Assembly (NCBI GenBank): GCA_002269645.1
Contig: NIVC01002574.1
Location: 96,805-160,804, forward strand
Length of the DNA: 64,000 nucleotides
Reading direction: 5' to 3'
DNA from: Macrostomum lignano
Lineage: Eukaryota
Both the position numbers and the translations under genes were made by a program. Under the pieces are notes generated by a model. The model searched no databases. It was not told the DNA's origin and saw only the letters and a program-made list of their open reading frames with translations. Each line of letters begins with the position of its first letter. The stretch's first letter is position 1. Below, in pieces: positions 45,945 through 54,364 of this stretch.

Positions 45945-46699
45945 GGTGTGACAGTGTGGCCATAGACTAATGATGTGTGAGACAGTTTGGCCATAGAATA
46001 ATGATGTGTGTGACAGTGTGGCCATAGACTAATGATGTGTGTAACAGTGTTGCCATAGACTAATGGTGTGTGTGTGACAGTGTTGCCATAGACTAATGAT
46101 GTGTGTGTGTGTGACAGTGTGGCCATAGACTAATGATGTGTGTGACAGTGTTGCCATAGACTAATGGTGTGTGTGACAGTGTGGCCATAGACTAATGATG
46201 TGTGTGTGACAGTGTGGCCATAGACTAATGATGTGTGTGTGACAGTGTGGCCATAGACTAATGATGTGTGTGACAGCGTGGCCATAGACTAATGATGCGT
46301 GTGTGTGACAGTGCGGCCATAGACTAATGATGTGTGTGTGTGACAGTGTGGCCGTAGACTAATGATGTGTGTGTGTGACAGTGTGGCCATAGACTAATGA
46401 TGTGTGTGTGACAGTGTGGCCATAGACTAATTATGTGTGTGTGACAGTGTGGCCATAGACTAATGATGTGTGTGTGACAGTGTGGCCATAGACTAATGAT
46501 GTGTGTGTTACAGTGTGGCCATAGACTAATGATGTGTGTGACAGCGTGGCCATAGACTAATGATGCGTGTGTGTGACAGTGCGGCCATAGACTAATGATG
46601 TGTGTGTGACAGTGTGGCCATAGACTAATGATGTGTTTGTGTGTGACAGTGTGACCATAGACTAATGATGTGTGTGTGTGTGTGTGTGACAGTGTGGCC
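45945..46699. repeat. About 30-bp minisatellite (GTGTGACAGTGTGGCCATAGACTAATGAT)n, interrupted by the Polinton
   Basis: Direct reading; last unit stops at GTGGCC. Confidence 0.95.
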
Positions 46700-47008
46700 A
46701 GTAGTATAGAAATAGACGCTTCTAGACCCAGAGCACTTTTTTAATGACCGTTTTAAGGGTCTAGAGGGGGGACACGGGGGGTAAATAAAAAAACACATCT
46801 AAACACCATTAATACATCTAATCACCCATAATCACCCCTAACAATAAAAATCACTTCCCAACACTTCCAAAACACTCCCCAACACTCCCCTCGCGTCCCC
46901 CCTCTTAAGACCTTACAAACGGTCATTAAAATAAGGTCTGATCTAGAAGCGTCTTTTTCTATACTACTACTCTATAACCCCTTGCCCGCGCCGCAGGCGC
47001 GAAGGGTC
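46700..47008 (+). repeat. Left terminal inverted repeat (about 309 bp) with an internal foldback
   Basis: 46981-47008 is the exact reverse complement of 63973-64000; starts AGTAGT. Full TIR length is inferred. Confidence 0.8.
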
Positions 47009-47025
47009 TTTTTCTGTTACTAAAA

Positions 47026-47340
47026 ATGACCCGAGTTTACACCTTTTCTGTTAGTGATACTTTTGAGACTGTTGCTAAAAATGCAGAGATAATAAAACAA
47101 CATATTTTGAATGGAATAATTGATGAAGTTTATTTAAAATATGACGACAAGCACGACCTAAAACTTTATCCATTAGAGCTAGATGAGATGTATGATTTAG
47201 AACAAGAGGGTGAGTTAATATTTCAACTTGGAGATTATTTAAATTCGGATGATTGGGAGGTTAGATCAACAGATTCCGAATCAACAAATAGTTCATATGA
47301 AACCAGTGATTCAGAGAATGAAAGTGAAATTTTTATGTGA
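47026..47340 (+). CDS. Polinton hypothetical protein, 104 aa, acidic C-terminus
   Basis: Open ORF with TAAAA-ATG start; family not recognised. Confidence 0.6.
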   Translation: MTRVYTFSVSDTFETVAKNAEIIKQHILNGIIDEVYLKYDDKHDLKLYPLELDEMYDLEQEGELIFQLGDYLNSDDWEVRSTDSESTNSSYETSDSENESEIFM

Positions 47341-47356
47341 AAAAAATATTTAAAAA

Positions 47357-47611
47357 ATGAACTATTATTCTATAACAGAAACGACATTTATTGTGAAAAA
47401 TATATATAAAAAAATGAAGGTAAATCGAACCCATGGTTCGCGTGCTTTGCACGATTACTCCTACATCGGAAATGTGCCGATTAATGAACTTAATGAAAAT
47501 TTAAGTTTGATAACAGTTGAACAAATGTCAATAATAATATTAGTAACAATTATAGTAATAATATTGTTTTTGTTTGTTATAAAAAATTTACTACCATGTT
47601 GTCTCAAGTAA
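47357..47611 (+). CDS. Small membrane protein, 84 aa, C-terminal hydrophobic helix followed by PCC
   Basis: IIILVTIIVIILFLFVI; carries an in-frame 30-bp hairpin insertion. Confidence 0.55.
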   Translation: MNYYSITETTFIVKNIYKKMKVNRTHGSRALHDYSYIGNVPINELNENLSLITVEQMSIIILVTIIVIILFLFVIKNLLPCCLK

Positions 47612-47621
47612 TTGTTCGAAC

Positions 47622-49229
47622 TTAGTTCGCTGATATTAGTTGGTTCTCATAAAACGAACCCAATATTTCTTCACCGTCCTTATCAGCAATTATATAGGTT
47701 GTAGGATTGGTATTTAAAACTTTACTGATAGTAAATTTCTCACTTATCTTCCAATATCCTTTTCTTCCTTTTTCAAACTTATCTTTCCATTTATAGATAT
47801 AAACAGAATCACCAACCTTAAAAGATTTCTTTTTATTTTTTTCAAATTTTCCAAAAGTAACTTTAACGTTTTCAGGATTGTTATAAGCTTGTTGAGGAGT
47901 CATCTTTATCGCCGAATGATATGAATTGTTATAATCTTTCACTACGTCTGGTAATATTTTTACCCATTTTTGGTTACCATTAAGACTAAACTGAAACCAT
48001 AATTTCTTACCTAAAGTTCTATTAAATCTTTCTATTAATGCGTTTTTACTCTCTCCATAAATAGAATAAATTTTATTAATATACTCCCCATTCGCGTCTT
48101 TTTTCCTTTCTTCTCCTTTTTCAAAATGATATAATTTATACATATGAGGATTGTAAAATTCTTTTCCTTCGTCAACACACAACCTTTCACTTTTTTCTCC
48201 AAGACTTCTAAAAGCAGCAGCAACCTCCTCTCCCTTTTTGGATTTTAAAGGAACAGCCCACGCGTATCGAGTAAAACCATCTAATATGGTTAAGATATAT
48301 TTATATCCTCTTTCGTTCGGCATCGACATTAAATCAGCATACCAAATTTCATTCTTTTTGAAGTTCATGATTTTTCTATAAAATTTCGGTTTTCGATATT
48401 CTTTATGAAGAATCTTTGCCTCATCAGAACTTAACCCACCACCACTTAACAACAAACACTCAACACAATTATTTCCATGTTGATTATAATTAATTCCCAA
48501 ACCAAATTTAACTTTAGACTGCAAGATCTTTTTAACCATCCACCTAGTTAATCTTTGCCCTACCGATAATCCCTGCAAGTTATCTAATCCTTGAATCATT
48601 TTTTGATCGGCTTCGTGTTTTAATCTTAGCGCTTCCTCGGGCGGGTTCTTATCAGCATCTCTGTATGCTAAGTCATGATAGTATGCCAACCAATCAATTC
48701 CATTTATGGGAATTGAATCGGCTTTTGGAGTGTCATCAGGATTTAATCTCAAATCTAAGCGAGTGCCGGGTAGTTTACCCCCAATCTTTCGAAAGAGGCT
48801 GGAGCACACCTTAAGCGGCGATAATTACCGCCCATCTCCGTCTGCTCTCTGAACCTTCTCCTTATATTTAAAATACTTAGGAGCTTGGCTGCGCATTGCC
48901 ACCGTGTCTTCAAGCTTTTTACCATCGAACCATAGGTTCGCGTGCAAAGCACGATTGGGAAGAGGAGTTACCTCTGTTCCTTCAAAAGATTTCTCAATTG
49001 AAGTGGTACTTGAAGCTGTATGACGGGTTTCACGCAATTTGGAGATGTCGCCACAAATAGTGACTAGCAAGGACATTGCCTTCCTCACTCAGGCCACGGG
49101 TTAACCTGTGAAGTTCATTGATGGTAGGTGTAGTTCCCCTGTATATTTACCAGTAGTAAAGATTGGTGGTAAGCTTGTTAATCCTTTTTGAACATCTAAA
49201 AATCCTCCTTCAAATACTATTTGGTTCAT
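47622..49229 (-). CDS. PLA2 (parvovirus VP1u-like)-integrase fusion, 424 aa after splicing; exon 1 49229-49104, exon 2 48770-47622
   Basis: TAAAA-ATG at 49229. Spliced junction GELHLPSMNFTG|PGTRLD, catalytic YYHDLAY and EADQ; rve triad WYADL / CVDEG / IERFNRTL; Polinton-type C-terminus FKVGDSVYI..FYENQL. Confidence 0.9.
48771..49103 (-). ncRNA. Group I self-splicing intron, IC1-like, 333 nt, no internal nuclease
   Basis: P1 U.G wobble (exon CAGGU with IGS GCCUG); P3 CAUCUCC/GGAGAUG; P AAAUUGCGUGAAA; Q AAUGCGCAGCCAAG; R GUUCAGAGAGCAGACGG; S AAGGUGUGCUCC; P7 G(A)GAGCA/UGCUCC; P8 and P9 hairpins. Removal restores the ORF and the GPG motif. Last base is A, not G. Confidence 0.88.
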
Positions 49230-49713
49230 TTTTAATGTTTAAAAAACATGTTTCTATCAATTTAATAATTTCTAAATATTGGCCACCATATAAAAAATTT
49301 AAAGCAAATTCCCCAGTTAACAAGGTAACTCCATTATCAAATACTTTTTGTACGGGGTTTTTAGTAGTATTATTAATGCAAATATAATATAAATCAAATT
49401 CGGGATTAACATATTTAAATTCTAATAACTTTTGAATATTTCTAAATCGACTTGATGAATTATCTGTGTTATCAGAAGATTTTAACTCTAACGCAACTTT
49501 TCTTTCTGTATGAATTAAATCAATTTTATTTACTTTTTCAAAACCAAAATGTTTAATAGCTAATAATTCATAAAGAGATCCAAGTCTCATTTGTATTGTT
49601 TTAATATGGTTTGAAATTATTAATTCATCTTGAAATATTTTATTTAGTATTCTGTCAGAACCAACTTTATCACAAATAGGCTTACAAAGGTGGTCTTTTA
49701 TTGTTTCATCCAT
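49210..49713 (-). CDS. PD-(D/E)xK nuclease, Eco47II/Sau96I restriction endonuclease-like, 167 aa
   Basis: KTIQMRLGSLYE, IDL..KVALELK, NTDNSSS resemble the Eco47II family pattern (from memory; needs an HMM search). Confidence 0.7.
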   Translation of the reverse strand: MDETIKDHLCKPICDKVGSDRILNKIFQDELIISNHIKTIQMRLGSLYELLAIKHFGFEKVNKIDLIHTERKVALELKSSDNTDNSSSRFRNIQKLLEFKYVNPEFDLYYICINNTTKNPVQKVFDNGVTLLTGEFALNFLYGGQYLEIIKLIETCFLNIKNEPNSI

Positions 49714-49740
49714 TTTATAAAAAATAAATTTAACAATTAA

Positions 49741-50424
49741 TTAAACACCAGTATGTCCAGCAGCTTTCGCAGCAGCTAAAACAAGTTTTCTAGGAGTTTT
49801 AAATCCATCACCAACAGCTGGTTTGTTATTTATAGAATTAACAATCCATTTATACAAGCTGGTATTTTTAACAGCTCCTCCTAAATCATCATAAAAAATT
49901 CTAGCACTTACTAAATCATTCTTAGTATAAAAATCAGGGTTAAACTTAACCCTAGGGTTAGTAATAATTCTATATGCTCCGCCCAATTCTCTATATAGTT
50001 CATTTCGATCTTTATCAACGTTACCAATTCGGTAATTATTATTACCTAAATCTGTCACAGCAATACTAGCTGGTACTCTTGGAAATTGTTTAACTTCTTC
50101 ACCCCTTTCTGCAGCCCTAATCTCTGCACGTCTAATCTCTGCAACTCTCAATTGAGCTTGATCAACATCATAAGCAGGCGGCTCATCCAAAATTTCATCC
50201 TCTTTTGGCTCAGTATTTGTAGCAATTTTTTCCAGAAGATCTTTATCTGTTTTTTCTAGTTCACTAATTTTCCCAGTAATAGGATTAACAAAAGGAGCAG
50301 CAAATCTTTCGCCAGCTAATTGTATTCCTAACTTTCTTTTTTGTAAATTTCTAACAAAATCAGAATATCTTTGCTTCTCTTTATAAATCGCTAACTCTCC
50401 ATCAACGTCCATAAATTGACTCAT
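49741..50424 (-). CDS. Polinton hypothetical protein, 227 aa
   Basis: Intact ORF, TAAAAA-ATG start, divergent from the capsid gene. Confidence 0.65.
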   Translation of the reverse strand: MSQFMDVDGELAIYKEKQRYSDFVRNLQKRKLGIQLAGERFAAPFVNPITGKISELEKTDKDLLEKIATNTEPKEDEILDEPPAYDVDQAQLRVAEIRRAEIRAAERGEEVKQFPRVPASIAVTDLGNNNYRIGNVDKDRNELYRELGGAYRIITNPRVKFNPDFYTKNDLVSARIFYDDLGGAVKNTSLYKWIVNSINNKPAVGDGFKTPRKLVLAAAKAAGHTGV

Positions 50425-50458
50425 TTTTTAACATAAAAAACTTTTTTAACTTAAAAAA

Positions 50459-51931
50459 ATGGCTGAAACAAAAACTATGTGGAGTGATAAATTTCATTTC
50501 AAAAAGCACCGACAGTATATTAATGAGGTCAGAGCAAGAGATTTAAATTATACCCTACCAACAAGTGATAATTCAAATAACTTTACTACTGGAACGGTAA
50601 CTTTTGACATCGGCGCAACCAACACTATATTGGATATGAAAAATGCGTTTTTCCGCGTTAGATGGTTGTATACTAGAAATGATGGAACTGCTCTTGCAGC
50701 CGGAGATATCGCAGATCGATCCGGAATAATAATAGAAAATGATTGGTTTTATAAATGTTTTTCCCAAGCTCAACTAACTGTTAATGGTGCTGAGGTTGAG
50801 ACATCATCAAACCCCGCAGAGATTAATGGAGTTTTGAAACATTTAAATTATACTTATTTATCAAAACAAGTTGGTGATAATGTTGGGTGGATGCCGGATA
50901 AAGGTAACGGTCAAGCAGTAGTTTTCCCTAATGTACAAAACGCAGCCGGTGCAGATACTGCAGCGCTAATTGTTTACCTTAATACAAACATAGTTCCAGT
51001 TGTAACCACTATGACTAATACAAAAGATATTAATACTGGTTTTATAGATCGTCAGAATAAATTCCCAGTCGCGGTTTTAACCACAGCAACAGCATATGAG
51101 CAGGACTTTTCAATCTTTCCACTATTTGGGTTTTTCTCACCAAATCGGGTATGGAAAGGATTAAAATTTGGGATACAGTTGCAAATATCTGGTGGATATC
51201 AGCCTAGGATACTTTATGGAACCTCAATTTCAACCGATATAGCAGTTCGTATAGATTCAATTCAATTAGTCGTACCAACTATTGAGGTAACAGCCCCACT
51301 TTTAAAACACATCGATAATCAGTTAACGCATGATCAGGAAATATTTTATTTGAATCGTCGACATTTTATGCGAACCATTAATAATAACCAGGATTCATTC
51401 CAGTGGCAAATACTGACATCAAAACGTCGGGTGAGATATATTTTTGTTTGGTTTAAGATAACAAATAGAAGGAGTAAAAGAGCAAATGGGGATTTATATT
51501 GGCTTCAATCCGGTGCCATAGCAGAACAAGCAGCCACCGCAACAGACAATGCGGCTGCAGCTATTAACGAGTTTAATGTTCAGAATATCCGCCTGCAGGT
51601 TGATGATCAATATTATCCGGTTAAAGACCCCCTAAATTTAAATATAGCAAATAATAATGTTAATGATTTTATAAAATATTATCAAGATTATGCCAAAAAT
51701 GAAGCGTATGCCGTCCCTCAGTACACACCCACAGAGTTTCTAAACATTCATCCAGTGGTTGTTTATGATCTAACGGCACAGAAAGAAAACGTAGCCAATA
51801 TTGGACTTAATTATATGTTAGAGATTAATAAAACTGGTAATCAGGCAATAGACGCACACGTATTGTTTCTAGAGGAATATATGTCAATTGCTAAAGCTGA
51901 TGGCACGATTGTTCGGGACGCGCCACTTTAG
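50459..51931 (+). CDS. Major capsid protein (double jelly-roll, Polinton PY-like), 490 aa
   Basis: Size, beta-rich pattern (TVTFDI..LDMKNAFFRV, FSQAQLTVNGAEVE, HPVVVYDLT, AHVLFLEE) and position before ATPase, penton and protease. Confidence 0.8.
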   Translation: MAETKTMWSDKFHFKKHRQYINEVRARDLNYTLPTSDNSNNFTTGTVTFDIGATNTILDMKNAFFRVRWLYTRNDGTALAAGDIADRSGIIIENDWFYKCFSQAQLTVNGAEVETSSNPAEINGVLKHLNYTYLSKQVGDNVGWMPDKGNGQAVVFPNVQNAAGADTAALIVYLNTNIVPVVTTMTNTKDINTGFIDRQNKFPVAVLTTATAYEQDFSIFPLFGFFSPNRVWKGLKFGIQLQISGGYQPRILYGTSISTDIAVRIDSIQLVVPTIEVTAPLLKHIDNQLTHDQEIFYLNRRHFMRTINNNQDSFQWQILTSKRRVRYIFVWFKITNRRSKRANGDLYWLQSGAIAEQAATATDNAAAAINEFNVQNIRLQVDDQYYPVKDPLNLNIANNNVNDFIKYYQDYAKNEAYAVPQYTPTEFLNIHPVVVYDLTAQKENVANIGLNYMLEINKTGNQAIDAHVLFLEEYMSIAKADGTIVRDAPL

Positions 51932-52015
51932 TGTCGCAGTGCAAAGCACGTCGCGCCATTGTAAAATGAGTGCAGGTCTCCGACCGTCGCGCCTATTTAA
52001 ATTATTTCTTTAAAA

Positions 52016-52809
52016 ATGGTAAAGGCAAAACACAATAAAATATTTCCAAATGATCCTTTTCTTTGTTTAGTAATCGGAGGATCAGGTAAAGGAAAAACAC
52101 ACTTTGTTACGATTTATTAACAACAGATGGAATGTTAGACTATAATAATTTAATAATTTATACTAATAAACCTAGAATAAAATATTATGAATTTCTTAAA
52201 CATGGATTAAAAAACAAATTAAAAAAAGATGTCTTGTTTAGAATGTTAAGAGCATATGAGCAATATGAGGATGATGACGAACCGCGATTTAATCTAGCAG
52301 ACATTGAGGATTTATGTAAAACAATGGCACAACAGCCAGAAAACATCACCGATCGCCCCGAAGGGTCGCGGACTTCGTCCGATCGAGCCCCAACAATTAC
52401 AATATCAAACCGATTAACTTATGACAAAATTCCAAAAAATGATAAAACACTAATTATATTTGATGATTGTATTAATGACGGAGATCAAGAATTGCAAAAG
52501 GAAATTTTTGTTAGTGGTAGAGGAGATGGAATTGGAGCTTTTTATCTTACTCAATCCTTTAGAGAATTAGAATCGATTATAAAAAAGAATGCTAGCTGTT
52601 GTGTAATGTTTGATTTAGATAACTATGATCTACAAAATATTCACGCGAGATTTAATCCTGGGTTGGATACAAAACCATTTAAAAGTATGTGTAAAAAAAT
52701 TTGGGATGATAGCCAATACAAACATATTTATATCAATCCGAGGTTAGAAAGGAAACATAGAATTTTAACAAATTTGATAAAAGAAGATAATGAGGAAGAA
52801 GAGACATAG
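52016..52809 (+). CDS. A32/FtsK-like packaging ATPase, 1-bp frameshift near 52108
   Basis: Walker A GGSGKGKT from ATG 52016, Walker B LIIFDD, FYLTQS and IIKKNA motifs. Confidence 0.85.
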
Positions 52810-52829
52810 CACAATTTCCCACTATAAAA

Positions 52830-53628
52830 ATGACTACAAATTTAGATACTATAAAACAATTGGTAGATCGAACTAATTCAAAATTTAGTACAACCTTACA
52901 GTTTATAATGACAACCAGTGAACAACGTATTCAATTGCGCGACCCGTTACAACTTGATCAAAGCCTAAGTTATCAAATAGGTTTGATACTATTTTCGGTT
53001 TTTAACATGCCTCAATTAATTAATGCAACAAATAATCAATTTAGATATTCTAAAGATTCCGGAGCCAATTGGACAACATTTAGCGTTAACCCAGGAGCGT
53101 ATAGCTATACTGATTTGAATGCTTATATAGAATGCTTATATAGAAGGAGAATTAACATCTAACGGCGATTGGGTATCAGGCGCAATTGTTATAGGTGTTG
53201 ATTTACCATCTGGCAGATTCACACTATCACTAGGATCCGGATATCAGGTTGATTTCACAATTGCAAATTCACTCAGAACCATACTTGGATTTAATTCTCG
53301 AATAGTTACCACATCAAGCACCGGCGATACAGTTGGAAATATTGAGGGTGGTGTTAATACAATTAATATAACAACCGACATATCAAACGGCGGTTATATA
53401 ACAGATAATAATGGAGTTTTGGTTCAACGTGGAATTATTTATTCCATCCCATTTCTTGCTGTTCCAATTGGAGAGAAAATGATTGTATCACCTCAAACCC
53501 CAATATATTACCCATTAAATCAATATAATGTTCAATCAATTTATATTAGGATTGTAGATGAAACCGATAGATTAATAAGTTTTGGTGGGCAATCAATAAC
53601 AGTAATTTTACGTATAAAACAGGTTTAG
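52830..53628 (+). pseudogene. Minor capsid protein (penton) disrupted by a 13-bp tandem duplication GAATGCTTATATA near 53117-53142
   Basis: Removing one copy joins the two ORFs; C-terminus IIYSIP..PIGEKMIVSP..IYYPL..IYIRIVDETDRLISFGG is penton-like. Confidence 0.8.
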
Positions 53629-53672
53629 CCGAACCAAAGGTTCGAGGACATCGTCCGTTTCCCATAGTAAAA

Positions 53673-53882
53673 ATGGGTAATCGAACAACATGTTCGCGTG
53701 CAAAGCACGATAATAATAATAATTTACTAAAAAAACAATCAGAAAAAGTTAAAAAAGCTGAAGATAATTACGAACTAGAACTAGCAAAATTAAGGCAGTT
53801 ACAAGCTGATAAAATAAGAAAGGAATTGTTAAAACCCACACCTACGAAACTAACTAAAACCAAGAGTTTTTCAGGAACATAA
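53673..53882 (+). CDS. Small basic protein, 69 aa, possible N-myristoylation (MG)
   Basis: TAAAA-ATG start; in-frame hairpin insertion. Confidence 0.45.
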   Translation: MGNRTTCSRAKHDNNNNLLKKQSEKVKKAEDNYELELAKLRQLQADKIRKELLKPTPTKLTKTKSFSGT

Positions 53883-53883
53883 A

Positions 53884-54327
53884 ATGACCATGACGTGGGA
53901 TGATTTTAAACAAAGATATGGAACAGACACAACAAGCAATATCGAATTAACAAATTGGGCGCGGCAGTTAAAAATAAAACCATTCAGATGTGTGATGCGG
54001 GATGAGATAAAAGACTTACCACAATATGGATCTTACATTGTCAACATCGAAACTACAAAAGAAAACGGGGCTCATTGGTCGGCAGTTTATTCCAAACCTA
54101 AACTTGTTTATTTTTTTGATTCATACGCGCTTCCTCCGTTACAGGAAATAAAAGATAAATTTAATCATACTAAAAATCGTTTATGTGGAGATCATCACGA
54201 ACAGTTTCAAACCTTTGATAAAAGTTATTGCGGACAAGCAGCGTTATATTTTTTATATCGACTTTCGAATGAAGCTCGTGTAAACCACAAAGTATTTAAG
54301 ACTATCATGCAAAGCATGCGAACCTAA
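53884..54327 (+). CDS. Adenain-like cysteine maturation protease, 147 aa
   Basis: GAHW (His), FFDSY (Asp), QFQ (Gln), YCG (Cys). Confidence 0.9.
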   Translation: MTMTWDDFKQRYGTDTTSNIELTNWARQLKIKPFRCVMRDEIKDLPQYGSYIVNIETTKENGAHWSAVYSKPKLVYFFDSYALPPLQEIKDKFNHTKNRLCGDHHEQFQTFDKSYCGQAALYFLYRLSNEARVNHKVFKTIMQSMRT

Positions 54328-54364
54328 GGTTCGATTTTAGACTCTATAAAATAGACAGTAAAAA

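Noticed and set aside
45945-46699. CRISPR-like array next to the virus
   Set aside because: Variation is only (GT)n length; no spacer matches to the Polinton seen
48771-48809. GTG start for the 395-aa integrase ORF, or a frameshift from the MGGNY frame
   Set aside because: Better explained by the upstream ATG exon at 49229 and intron removal, which restores GPG exactly
48825-49088. 87-aa ORF inside the intron as a homing endonuclease
   Set aside because: GTG start, overlaps the ribozyme core, no LAGLIDADG, HNH, GIY-YIG or His-Cys motif
48771-49103. Spliceosomal GT-AG intron
   Set aside because: A GT is available at the 5' side, but no AG precedes the required 3' junction
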